Origin: Felis catus
Taxonomy: Eukaryota
Direction: 5' to 3'
NCBI RefSeq assembly: GCF_018350175.1
Contig: NC_058383.1
Span: 19,470,001-19,534,000 of the forward strand
Length of the DNA stretch: 64,000 nucleotides
Part shown: piece by piece, positions 27,440-40,589 of the stretch
How the letters are laid out: every line of letters starts with the position of its first letter
Position numbering within the stretch: the stretch's first letter is position 1
The notes under the pieces: generated by a model
Databases searched by the model: none
What the model was told of the DNA's origin: nothing
Seen by the model: only the letters and a program-made list of their open reading frames with translations
Program-made: the position numbers and the translations under genes

Positions 27440-28235
27440 ACTTTTATTGATTTATGTTTTGCTTTTATTTTATTTTATTTTATTTTATTTTTTAAATTTT
27501 TTTTTTCAACATTTATTTATTTTTGGGACAAAGAGAGACAGAGCATGAACGGGGGAGGGGCAGAGAGAGAGGGAGACACAGAATCGGAAACAGGCTCCAG
27601 GCTCTGAGCCATCAGCCCAGAGCCCGACGCGGGGCTCAAACTCACGGACCGCAAGATCGTGACCTGGCTGAAGTCGGATGCTTAACCGACTGCGCCACCC
27701 AGGCGCCCCTTGCTTTTATTTTAGATAGGACGAGCACACACATACATGCATCAAGCAGGGGAGGGGCAGAGGGAGGGAGAGAATCTTTTAAGTTTTTTTT
27801 TTAAACATTTATTTTTTTTTTTTGAGAGACATAGAAAGAGCACGAGTGGGGGAGGGGCAGAGGGAGAGGGAGCCACGGAATCCGAAGCGGGTTCCAGGTT
27901 CTGAGCTGTCAGCACAGAGCCCGAAGCAGGGCTTGAACTATGAACCATCAGATCATGACCTGAACCAAAGTCGGGACGCTTGACTGACTGAGCCACCCAG
28001 GTGCCCCAAGGGAGAGAGCCTTAAGCAAGCTCCACACTGAGCATGGAGCCCAGTGTAGGGTTCGATCCCACAACCCTGGGACCATCATCTGAGGCAAAAT
28101 CAAGGGGTGGATGCTCAACCAACTGAGCCACCCAGGTGCCCATGACTACCTTTTTTTTCTTTTTTCTTTTTTTTTTAACTTTATTTATTTTGAGAGAGAG
28201 AACATGAGCACAAATGGGAGAGAGGGACAGGGGTG

Positions 28236-28289
<54 letters not shown>

Positions 28290-28426
28290 AAGAAAGAGAG
28301 AATCTTAAGCAGACTCCACACTCAGTGAGGAGCCCGACGCAGGGCCTGAACTCATGAACCATCAGATCATGACCTGAACCAAAGTCAAGAGCCAGACGCT
28401 TAACTGACTGAGCTACCCAGGTGCCC
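27440..28426 (-). mobile_element. Cluster of four nested/adjacent SINECs, including a young SINEC_Fc-type copy (~27470-27709)
   Basis: Four reverse heads ending ~27709, 28007, 28141, 28426; internal TSDs visible. Confidence 0.92.
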
Positions 28427-29660
28427 TAGACTATAGCTTTTTAAAAGAGATTTACCATCTATTTTTGATTGTGAAAATAAGTCTTGCTGAGTTAGAAAAT
28501 TTGGAGATTATATTGAAAAGAAGGAAAAAAATTCCTGTAACCCCATTGCCCAGCAATAGGGACTGTTAACATTTTGGTGAAATTTGGGGAGGAGTATAAA
28601 AATAAAAACAAATCAGTCAAATCAGATTTGTTTTGGTGACAGAATTGAGATTGAATTGTATCCGATTTAAAATTGGCATGTTTTTCCAACACGTAACTCT
28701 CATAATCAGCCTAGATGGTGAGATGTAGAGGTTGTGCTGAGTGATCACCGTGCATGACGTTGCTATTTAGCCGCGGGTCCTGGTCCAGCCAGTATAGCAG
28801 GGTGGTGAGATGTGTACATTCCCTTCTGAGGATGAGGGTTTCTGGGAGTGAGTCTCTGACTCCTTCCTGCTCCCTGTTGGGGTGACTGCCTGGCATAGGA
28901 ATGGGGGAAAGCAGTGTTCCACCACGCTTAAGACAGGCCTCAGCCTGCCCTCCGGCACCTCATGGCCTCCTTGGTGAGACATCCAGAGACCAGGGTAAGG
29001 AAGGATCGAGCTGGAGTAGGCCTTGGAAAAGGTGGCCCTCAGGTGAGTAAGCGGGAGTCCCCGAGCGCCTGGCCACCAGTGCTCCACAGTGGAGTCGGGC
29101 AATGTCACGGAATCCTTGAGAGGCAGTAGGCAGGCCCTTCCTTTCCCTGGACCACGGGGAATGACTTTGACTCACCCCTAGCCGAACGACAGAGACCTTG
29201 CCCATTACCAATGGCCAGGCATGCTCTCCAAATGGGAGGTGAGTGAACACTCAGGATTAAGTATCAGTTTTAAAGTCGACAGTGTCCACTGCCTAGCACA
29301 GGCCTGGGCCCAAAGAAAGTGCTTGATATACATGTAGGCAGACTGTTGACTAAGGATTTCCAGGAGTAATGATATCACTGCATTCCTGTCAAAATTCCAA
29401 ATTTGTCGTCAAACCTGTATTTTAGAAATCCTACTGGAGAGAGAATCATGCTTCGACAGTTTGCATTTTATTTATTTAGTCTTACTTTCCACTAGTTAAA
29501 TACAGTATCACTAGACTCCTACCTGGTGTAGGCGGCAGCTGTGGGTGGAAGAGGTTAACAGTGGACTAAGTCAAGATCTGTATTTAAATCTTTGCCCCTT
29601 ACTTGGGCAAAGGCGCTTGACCTCTCTGAACCACGGTTTCTTCTCCTAGAAAATGGCCAT

Positions 29661-29878
29661 GGGGCACCTGGGTGGCGCAGTCGGTTAAGCGTCAGACTTC
29701 AGCCAGGTCACGATCTCGCGGTCCGTGAGTTCGAGCCCCGCGTCGGGCTCTGGGCTGATGGCTCAGAGCCTGGAGCCTGTTTCCGATTCTGTGTCTCCCT
29801 CTCTCTCTGTCCCTCCCCTGTTCATGCTCTGTCTCTCTGTCCCAAAAATAAATAAACTTTGAAAAAAAAAAAAAAGAA
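29661..29878 (+). mobile_element. Young SINEC_Fc-type copy inserted in a MIR
   Basis: Perfect TSD agaaaatggccat; CpG-rich; intact A and B boxes. Confidence 0.95.
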
Positions 29879-30676
29879 AGAAAATGGCCATGACTCAGTG
29901 CTTGGTATTAATTCACATGCAGTAAATATCTGTGCCTTCCTTTATCCTTTCATGTGTTGAGAGGCAGTCGAAGTGGAGAAGTGGGTGTAGACTCTGTATC
30001 CCATACATAAGCCCTCCGTGACCCTGAGCTTGTGACCAGTTAAAGTCAAGGTCACCTTCCGAGCTACACCCTGCCCCCAGCCTCCCCAGGCGCACATAGT
30101 TGGGAGCCCTCCACTCTCTTTCATAGCTTCCTTGGTGGCCATTAGCTTGGAGGCAGTCATTTATGATTCTACACAATAAAAATGAGTTGGGGGTTGGGCT
30201 TGATCAGGCCAGTGAAGTCAGAGTAGAGGCCAGCCTTCAGAATCAAAGGCATCATGATACAGCGAACAGAGCGCTGGATGTGGGCAAGGACCTAGGTTCG
30301 TGTCTTGAGTCTGAAGTTTAGAAAACCTGTTTCACTTCTTTATGAAATAATCCCCTCCTTCACCAAGCGATTTATATAGAAATACCTAAGGTCCTTCCTA
30401 AACTTGATGCTATTATAAAAACATAAGGCATTTTGAAGAATCCTTACGGCTGCAGCCCAAAGGTCTAGTTTGTACACGGCCACTACCTAGGTGCCCTTGG
30501 CCATGTGACCGAGCCACTCAGAGCCGGTCTCTGCCCCACCAAGTGCACGTTGTGGGCTGGGTGGTGGCCGAGACCGAAGATGAAGGTTCTGTAGTTTGGG
30601 ATGTGGTCACTGAAGGCTTGCGAGGCACTCTTTAGCAATAGGTTTGACCAGACAAGCTGTTTTGTGTTTCTCATAG

Positions 30677-30773
30677 GAGGAGCAAATATGACATCCTCAT
30701 GGAGAAGCTCTCGGGTGTGCTGAGCACACGGAGTAACCAGATGGAGACCCTGGGCAGGCTGAGAGAAGAGCTG
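30677..30773 (+). CDS. GTF3C1: GTF3C1 exon 5 (97 nt)
   Basis: tcatag|[42 protein letters not shown]|gtaagt. Confidence 0.95.
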
Positions 30774-31394
30774 GTAAGTGCCCGGGGCCGCCTGTGCTCT
30801 GGGCTGGACTGAACTGTGCCACAGCCTGGACATCTTTGTTTAGTGTACCTTGATGGTGGCTTGTAATCAGCCCTGTTCACAGACTTAACCGTCCTTAACC
30901 TTGAAGCGAGTGGGATCTTCCTTTGTTCCACAGAAGGAAAAAGTGCCCAGGCCTTCATCGAAGGCCTTCCTGCCCTAGGCTGGCTCCCATTTTCCCCAGG
31001 GTTTGCTCGAGGCCCTGCGGTATAAGTTCGTGTGGAATGGTGGACCTGGGCACTTAGGGGTGCTTCTGTGAGCACACTTCTAATTCCATCACACTGGTTT
31101 AATACTGAAATGATAGTGTGACGGCACGGGGAGAGAAGTGCTTACCCACCGGCCTAGTCTCTGGGCCCCGCGGTAGAGGTGGGGGGAGGAGGAAAGCACG
31201 GAGGGGGCATGTGGCCCCCAGGCTGATTCGAACAGTGTTCGGCGGAGCCAGCATTAGACGGGGGAGAGAAACAAATTGCCCTGCCGGTTAGACAGCGGAA
31301 CTTACAACCTGAAGTTTAAAGTCAGCCTGTTTGGGTCATAGTGATTAGCCCACAAAGGACCGTGATTTGGAATCTGATTATCAATATCAGGGTT

Positions 31395-31590
31395 GGGGCG
31401 CCTGGGTGGCTCAGTAGGTTAAGCATCCAACTGTGGATTTCAGCTCGGGTCATAATCTCGTGGTTCGTGGGATCGAGCCCCGTGTTGGGCTTCATGCTGA
31501 GCTTGGAGCCTGCTTGGGATTCTCTCTCCCTCTCTCTCTGCCCCTCCCTGTCCCTCAAAATAAATAAGCATTAAAAAAAACAAAAAACAA
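31395..31590 (+). mobile_element. SINEC
   Basis: Head plus A tail. Confidence 0.9.
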
Positions 31591-31702
31591 TAATCCTTGC
31601 TCCTCACCTCCTGCATTGGTGAGTGGAGCCCTCATCTCTGATTCCGTCATAGAGGGAAATGGGCCTCTTTATGCTAGATCTCCTCTACGCCCGAGCCCCT
31701 CA

Positions 31703-31879
31703 TTTGTTCATTTATTTATTTAGAGCTAGAGAGAGCACACGAGCAAGGAAGGGCAGAGGGAGAGAGAATCTTAAGCAGGTTCCATGCCCGACACAGAGCT
31801 CGATCTCCTACTCCCGACTGAGATCATGACCTGAGCAGAAATCAGGAGTCAGATGCTTAACTGAGCCACACAGGCCCCC
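31703..31879 (-). mobile_element. SINEC
   Basis: Reverse SINE. Confidence 0.85.
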
Positions 31880-34349
31880 ATGCCCAAGTCTCTTTGAGGC
31901 AGAGCTTAGGAACTGAGGCCTGGGGGTCAGATTTGGCCTATATGTTGTTAAAAGTACATTTGACCTGGCATTTTTTTTTTTTTTTTTAAACTGAGATTTC
32001 ACAGACAAATCTAAGTTCCTTGCTTCCTTTGACATATCAGAGGCTCCGTCAAGCCTGGGCCTGCAGTCTCTCCTGATGGCAGTCAGCTAGAGCCAACTGT
32101 GCGCTGGCCAGCCCCCCCTCCGCCCACCCCCGCCAGCCCCTTCCTTCCTGCCACCTCTCAGACACCAGGCCCTTGTCATTTGTCATTACATGTGCACTGC
32201 TGTTTGTGGTAAGAAATATTTTTCGGTATCTGAGTCTCCATGAAGAGTGGAAAATGAAAGAAAAATACGTCTTTCTCTTGAGAGATCCTAGTAGAAATGA
32301 AGAAAATCCCTATTTAATAAACAAACCTCTGCCCACATTGTTCCTCATATTTCTTGTCCAGCAGACATCGGTGATTGAAACCCTCCGCCCTGCTGGGTCA
32401 CTCGGGCGTGCGGAGACCGGGCAGGTCGGGTCCCAGGTCAGCACTGCGGACTAAGTGATACGAGTGGACTGTCACAGGGCGCTGTTCTCTTATTCCTCCA
32501 GCAGATACTTTAGTGAATGTCTGCTTTGAGTCAGGACTGTGTCCTGTACTTCGATGACAAAAACTAGTGAGGATGACAGGTCTCCCACTGTCGTGGAGCA
32601 GTCTCACTGGAGAGGCAGACGTGCGAACACATGCTCAGGCTCGAAGGCACCTCGCAAGGACGCGCTTGCTTCAGGGAGCTGGGAGAGGCTTTATAGAGCA
32701 AGTTGCAGCTGAGCTGGGCTGTGAAGAAGTGTTCCCAAAGTAGACAGACAAGAAATGGCAACTCGGGCACGGGAGGGTGGCTCCAGCAGGTTGTTAGAGG
32801 CGCAGTAACCGAGCCGGCACCGGGCGGCAGTGTGCTCAGGCAGGAGGAGCGACAATGTGGCTGGAGCGCTAAGAAAGGTCTAGAGCACCGGGCTGAGGGG
32901 CTGGTTTGTGGCCTTCGGCCTCGTAAACCGCCGGTGGCAATTCAGAGACGGAGAAGTTACGAGGAGGAAAGAGTGTTTATAGGAAATGAACCTGGCAGAG
33001 GAAGAGAGATTGGAGGTGTGAGTGGCAAGGTGGATGCTGTTGACTCTGGCCGGGGGTGATGACCGCTAGAAGGGAGATGTTTTGGAGAGGAGCTGGCTGG
33101 GCGGAGTGAGCGCCTGAGGCCAGGACATGGAGGTGAGTGAAAGGGAAGGAGTCTTGCTGTCCGGCTTGAGTAATGGCTCCTCATTGAAGCCGATGGGGCT
33201 GGAGGGCAGGCTCCCGAGAGCAGGGACCGGGGACCAGCGACCGTGCCTGTTTGTTCACTGCTGAAGCCCCACCAGGCGGACGCTGCCTGGCCCATGGTAG
33301 GCGCTCAGTAAGTATTTGTGGAATGAGTGTCTGAATAAAGTAGGGAGTTCAGAAGGAGGAACACGTTTGCACGAGGACGAGGCGCATGACAAATTTGATG
33401 TTAGGATTTACTGAGTGTGACGGTCTTCTGGGACTTTGACTTAGTGATGTCTCATCGGCAGCCGGAAACAGGGTCAGAGGAAGCGGAGCAGGATTTGGTG
33501 AATAATTAGCCAACACGTGAGGTTGATGCCATGAATAGGCATGCTGTCCTTTGGGGGGAGTGGGGGAGGCTCACACTGCCTCTTTCCCTTGTTGCTGGGC
33601 AGATTGTGCGAGACCCTGATGGCAGACCCCCCGGAGGGCAGGACTCCATCATCCTCTCCCGCGCTTGGGATCGTCCAGGACGTAGGACCCTATGTTAGGG
33701 GCTGGGGTTTGATGGATGAGCTTCCGTAGGGTCTTTCCATGATGCCGAGGGCACAGCTAGATTAACAAGAGATCCCATTTACAAGCCGGTGGCTTCGGAT
33801 GAGCCATATGTGAGTCATCTGTAATTCCTTGATAGCCGTATGTCCTCCTGCCCGAGGGCTGGGGCACTGGCTGCTCTGAGAGTTGATCACATATGTGGTG
33901 GCGGCAGCCCGCAGACATTTCGCTCCCTCTCTCTCCCCCAGAGAGTAAGAGGAAACCCGTAAGACTCCACTAAAGGCTCTTAGTGGTAAGTGCCTCCTGT
34001 CATTCAGCCCATGGCCTACAGCAGCCGGAACTGGCCTCATGACTCCAGGGGTGGCCAAGTCAGTGCTCGTCGCAGCCAGGATGGATTTATGAACAAATGA
34101 AACAGGCCGAGTGTAAAAAATGTTTTTGCTCTCGGTATGGATTCAAGAAATATGTAACCCTCCTGGTAACTACTGTAGAAGAAGACAGCACATAACTGGT
34201 GACCTTCAACTCCAATGTACCAGAGGCTGATGGGGCCACCGTGCATGGGCCTGCCTGTCGTGGCTCCCTCTGACTGCTGCTCTGAGGAACCCCAGTCCTA
34301 GGATTTGTTGCTGGATTTTTTTTCTAGGAGAAGCTAGAACCTGCTTCGT

Positions 34350-34420
34350 ATATATACATATATATATATACACACACGTATATATGTTTGTATATGTTTA
34401 TATGATATATATACACACAA
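34350..34420. repeat. (TA)n/(CA)n low-complexity tract; (GT)n at 34698-34721
   Basis: Direct reading. Confidence 0.85.
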
Positions 34421-35009
34421 ACATGCATATGTATGAAATCTCTCACTTTCCAATGTTGGCAAGTAAATCAGTTACTTTCAAAAACATGCAGATGGAAAAG
34501 CATGGCCTGCACTGGAGGCTGCACATCAGTAACCCGTGCAGTTGGGGACACGTAGGGTCATTATGGGCACGTTGCCTTGCAGAGTTGTGAGCGGTGGGGC
34601 GCACGTGATCATCCTCACGTTATGGAAACTTCACTGATAGACTACAATTTTCTTTCTCCTGAATCTTTTTTTCTGTTTGTTCCATTGCCTGTGAGAGGTG
34701 TGTGTGTGTGTGTGTGTGTGTTAATGATGCACTTCCTTGGTTAGAAAACCAAACCACTGAAAAAGTATACAGCGAAAAGCCTCCTGGCTCTGCTCCCATC
34801 TGCCTCACTCCCACCCCTATGTATCCATTTATAGAATCATCCACACCTTCTTCTCTTCCCTTGACAGCATAGCTTGGAGTCTTTCCTCATTAGCCCCTCC
34901 AGTGTTTCGTCGCTGAAGATAATCGGTTAACTCAGGTCCTGAGCCTGTGTTCGTTCACATGACTTTAGTGGTCGCAAACGCCGTGCTCGTATCTGATGGC
35001 AGCTCTTAA

Positions 35010-35297
<288 letters not shown>

Positions 35298-36599
35298 TAG
35301 GATCTCCTGTAGCAAAAGTGCTCAGGAAATGTTTGCTGGATGAAAGCAACCCTAAGGGCCCGCACCCATCTCCGTGTCGGTGTCCCTCCAACATCTCTGC
35401 TCCGTGGCGTCCAAAATCAAGTTCGTGTTTTCCTTCTTACGCTAAGCCACTGTTCATTCCGGCATTTGGAAGTCCCTCAGCTGTGTTGCATGATCTCATT
35501 CTGTAGCCCTCGCGAGGTAGGTGGTAGGGTCACCTTTTAGGTGTAAGAAAATAAAACTTCAGAGGTGCTAGTAACTTACAAAAGGTTGAGCAATCATAAG
35601 TGACAGATGTGGGATTTGAGCCTTCCAAGAGAATTAAACTAAGGACAAGAGACTGTAAAACTTTAAAAACCTTCCTTAGTGCTTTATTTTTCTCTATCCT
35701 TGATTTTTACACCATGCTGTTCCTGACCAACCGAAGTCATTTAAAGAGCCGAGGGTCAGAGCGTTCAGTGAAAGATGATAGATGGAGTATACTCACGTAT
35801 CTGCACTCTCCCCAAACTCCTCCCTAGTGACAACAAGGGATAGAAAAGGACTAAACCAGCAGGTACAAAGAGGCTAGGGCAGGAACGACAGCACAGAGTC
35901 AACAGTATTCTGGTGCTCGAGGCAGATGAACACGTGGTAACAGACTGAGCGGCCTGGGGAACCTGAACGCCTGTGTATGGCAGGAGCCAAGGATTGATGC
36001 CTCCGCACCCGAAATTAACTAAAAATGTGGAGATCCCAGGTACCCTTGAGCACAAGTTTGGATGGTGCCAGAGACGAGGGGGTTGGTTGGCAGCGTGTGC
36101 AAGAAGCCGCCGCTTCCCCAGGTCCCCTCCCTTACTTTGCATGGCCGGGGTAGACGTCCTTTCCCACACAAGTCTGGGCTTATCTCAGGATAAGATGCAT
36201 GAGAGCGTCTCTGGGCTCGCAGACCCAGCCGGGGACAGGGTGCCGTGCTGGCAATGGGACACAAAAAGGTGAGGGTCCCCTCACTGCAGTCCCCCCATGT
36301 GGCTCCTGAACATTGGCGGCCAGACTTACCGTCCCCTAGGCCGGAGGCTGGAGGCTGCTTTCCTGCAGAGACCGACCTGTCCGGGAAACGTCCTCCAGAT
36401 GCTGAAATCTAGGGGTATCCCAGCAACACAGCGGGCCCCTGCCCGCTCACCGTTCCTGGAACCCCACACCATGACAGCCTCTCCCCTGCTCCTCCTCACC
36501 CTGCACGACATCCAGAACACAGGCTCCAGGCAGCAACTGAATACTTCCCTGAACATCTGAGAACTGTAACAGGAATGTAAGAGAGACAAATGGGGAACT

Positions 36600-37400
36600 A
36601 GGAACAAAGTGAGGAGCAGAGGAAAGCCTGGAAGGACTTGCAGAGAGGAGGTGTCGCATCTGTGAAAACACAGCGAGAAGCTGTAAAGGGGGGACGGACG
36701 GAAGATAAAAAAGAGCTGTTGGAAATAGAAGAAATCCGCTTATCGCAATGAAAGAGTTAGCGGGAGGGAAGGTGGTAAGATAAAGTTGAGAAGGATCTCC
36801 GAAACCCAAAAGAGGCGGGAAGTAGAGCTCAGTTGAAAACAAGATGCTAAGCCTCGAAGGTCCGACAGCCCGCACGACGGGCTCACAGTGGGGGAGACGG
36901 AATGTGGGCAGGGGAGGAGAGGGGAGGAGGTGATGAGAAATGACACAAGGGATTCTCCTAGATCTGCAGCACGGAGGTTCTAGAGCAAGAGACCTATCAG
37001 GTGCCTAGCATGAAGAACATAACAGAAACCCACACCAACACCCACCATCCCGGAACTTGAGAAACCCAGAGCCAAAGAGCCTCCACGGAGGAGACGTCAG
37101 ACTTCCCGGGAGTCACCGAAGCTGGGCGGCCTTGGAGCAGTGCTTTCCTTCTGCAGGGAATGGACTTTCAGTCTGGAGTTCCTTTATTCAGCTTTTGCAT
37201 CGATGCGCTGTGAAAATCAGGAATCTGAAACCGCTCGTCTCCCATGTTCCCTTTCAGGAAGCTGCAGGAGGATGCCCACCATCAAACAGCAGACTGAAAC
37301 AAGAGGCGGGGAAAATGGGGTCCAGGGAGTGAGGAGACCAGGAGAAACATGGGAAGGTGGTGAAGGGAAGTCACCATGACCGGCACGAGGGCAGCCCGTC
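36600..37400 (+). mobile_element. Highly decayed L1/HAL1 ORF1-region fragment
   Basis: A-rich; aacagaaacccacaccaacacccaccatc...gaaacccagagccaaagag...cagacttc resembles L1 ORF1. Confidence 0.45.
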
Positions 37401-38021
37401 CACAGGGGAGCAGGAGAAGGGGGCTCCAGGAGGGACGGAAGTCCACGCAAAGGATCAGTTGCCCGGTGGTTGTGAATGTGTTTAGAGAAGGTTGTATGTC
37501 GGCAGAGAGTCTGCATGTGAATTAGTGACAGGTACGCAGAAAACCAAGCCAGTGGGAAAAAATGAAGTTATTAATTCCAGGAAAACCAAAAGGCATATGA
37601 GAAAAAAAGGTTGGGGCCTGTAAGCTTGACTTTGTGGGCAACCTATCAGTCACTGCCCACCCTAACTGGCTCCCTGTATCTGAGAAAAGTCTCAGATGGG
37701 GAGAGGAGATGGGAACACACCGATATTATCATCCAACAGGTGAATAAACCAGGGAAGGAGCCCCCAGGGGCGTAGGGGAAGCTCCTACAGGGCACCTCCC
37801 CTTTGAGTCCCTTCAGTGCCGAGTGCACACGTGACTGGTTGGATGCCTGGCATCCCTCTTCTCGGGAACGGGTGGGCGGCATCAGCCTTTTCAGGAGGAA
37901 GAACACCGGGAAGTACTGCTGGGTCCTGTGGCAGGGACAAAAGTCCCAGGCTTAAGTGCATTTGACTCGAAGTGGGATTATCTGAATGCTTAAAATAGTC
38001 ATTGCCTGTGGGTCTGTTAAT

Positions 38022-38817
38022 CTTTTTTTTTTTTTTTTTAATTTTAGAGTGTAAGCGGGGGAGAGGGGCAGAGGAAGAGAATTTTTTTTTTAATGTTTAT
38101 TTATTTTGAGAGAAGGAGCATGCACACACATATATACACACGTGGGGGAGGGGCAGAGAGGAAGAGAGACAGAGCCCAACATGGGGCTCGATCTCACAAA
38201 CCACAAGATCATGACCTGAGCCAAAATCAAGAGCCTGATGCTTAACCGACTAAGCCACTCAGGTGCACCCCCTCTTTTTAATTTGAGAAAGAAACTGCAT
38301 GTGAGTCGGGGGGAAAGGAGTAGAGGGAGAAAGGATCTTAAGCAGGCTCCAGGCTCAGCATGAAGCCTGACTCAGGGCTCAATCCCATGACCCTGGGATC
38401 ATGACCTGAGCCTAAATCAAGAGTCAGATGCTCAACTGACTAAGCCACCCAGGCGCCCCAAGAGAGAGAATCTTTTTTTTTTTAATTAATTTATTTTAAT
38501 TTTGAGAAAGAGAGAACACGAATAGGGGAGGGGCAGAGAGATAGAGAGAGAGAATCTGGAGCAGGCTCATTGCCGTCAGCACTGAGCCCAATGTGGGGCT
38601 CGAACTCACAAACCATGAGATCATGACCTGAGCTGAAATCAAGAGTCAGATGCTCAACCAGCTGAGCCACCTAGGCGCCCCGAGAGAAAGAGAATCTTGA
38701 GCAGGCTCCATACTCAGCATTGGAGCCCAACTCAGGGCCGAATCCCATGACCCTGGGATTATGATCTGAGCCAAAATCAAGGCTCAGACACTCAATGACT
38801 CAGCCATCTAAGCGCCC
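38022..38817 (-). mobile_element. Cluster of four SINECs: three inserted inside a fourth
   Basis: Outer element split at gagagaat|ctt; reverse heads ending ~38270, 38459, 38681, 38817. Confidence 0.9.
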
Positions 38818-40404
38818 TTAATCATCTTTATTTCCTGATTTCTTGCAACGAAGACATTAAAAATAAACAGACTGGATTGATTATATTTTTAAAGTAGAGA
38901 AACTAAGAAGGAAATGCCCTTAAATAACCTTTCTTGCTGGGCGGGCAGCCACGGAGCAAAGCTTCTCCCAGGCTTGAGGTCCCTGGAAATTCAAGCCAGC
39001 CGCTTGCAACTGAGACACCTGAGTGAACTTTGATGTAAGACAGCCCTGGGTCAGAATTCTTATTTTGTCACTTCCTGTTGGGGTGACTGTCAGCAAATTT
39101 TGACCTCTCTGTACCTCAGTTTCCTCAGCAGGGTTTTCTGGAGATCATAATACAACTTTCCAGAGTGTCATGGGGCTGCCAGAAAACCGTGCACACACAG
39201 CAGGGGCCACAGAATGGTAACGGCCACATGTAGCAATGTATTTTGCTTGGCTCACGGCATGTGTTTTCATTGGGTAGGTTACCAGTCTTTTAAAAATCAG
39301 AAATTGCACCTAAGAAGTCAGCCTTTCAACTTGCCTGCACAAATGAAATTAGGCAACGTGAAACTGCATTTCTTTAATAGTAAAGGGTCAGGCCCCATTC
39401 CCCAAGGACACCCCGCTTCCTGCTATGTAGCCCATAGCCAGCTTCACTCTGGTATGTCATCGACCTGACCCTGGAAGGTGTGTCTGTGGTCGGGGTTTTC
39501 TTGAGGCCTGGTGCTGGGACTAGAAGCTTCCGAGACTGGGTACTGATGGTAATGATGGCTTTGGCTCCTTCTGCAGGTTTAAGTGGGCAGGCACCTAAGA
39601 CAATGATGATTGGAAATTTTAGATTGTCACCCACAAGCACGGTGAGCCCATTCTGACTGTCCAGGGGGCTCATCTCTCCCCGGTGGGCTTGTCACCCACC
39701 TTCTGCTGCTCAGGCTTATCAACTGGGTTCCCCTGACTTCCTCTGTCACACTGTGATTTGGTTGTTTGTGTGACTTTTTTCCAAACTAAGTAGCTTCTTG
39801 AGAGCAGCCACCACGCTCCTCACATCCCTTCTATCCTTGAGACCCGTGCAGGGTCTGCTTGGAACAGAGTAGGGCTAAGCAAATGCTTAGCAAATTTAAT
39901 TTAATTAGGTACCACTTCAGTTACTTTCCTTGGGCAGGAGACAAGGGATGAAGGCACAGTTTTAGTCTTTTTTGCCTTGTGCGTCATCCCACTTTGCAGA
40001 ATTAATATAAACCTTCCCTCTAAGGCATTAGGGAGCAGACAAGACTTAATAAGTAAAGATGAGGGATTACTTCGTGTAAATTTACAGGTGTGCTTGGATA
40101 TATACGAGTTGTTTCTAAAAGCTGTAAATAGTTTGGATTTCACATATTTCAAATACATTACAGTAAGCTTCAGTGATCTGCTTTGCAGAAAGGTGGGGTG
40201 GGGTGGGGGGAAGTCTGGGTAATGAAAACAATCACCCTGAACTGATCTGTTTTGCAAATTTGGATTATAGTCTTCAAGAGTGGACTAGTCAGACTGTATT
40301 TATTCAGTTGGGCTGAGAACAAAAGGGAAGAGAAAGAGAAGTTAATGGCGTGATCCTTCATAAAATAATGGCAACTGGAAGCAGTTGACAGAAGGCGTGC
40401 GCCG

Positions 40405-40432
40405 CCCCCCCCCCCCCCCCCCCCCCCCCCCC
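40405..40432. repeat. C28 homopolymer
   Basis: Direct count. Confidence 0.9.
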
Positions 40433-40589
40433 GGGGCTAATGATGGAGGCGGTCAGTCAGCCGGTTTTCCAGGTTGGGTGATGAGGCGGGTCCAGCATTG
40501 AAGAGGATGGGGGAGGGGCCCTAGCATCTGTATCACCCTGTTCGTGATGTAGACGCTTCCCATAGCTATTAACCCAGGGCCCTTAAAAA

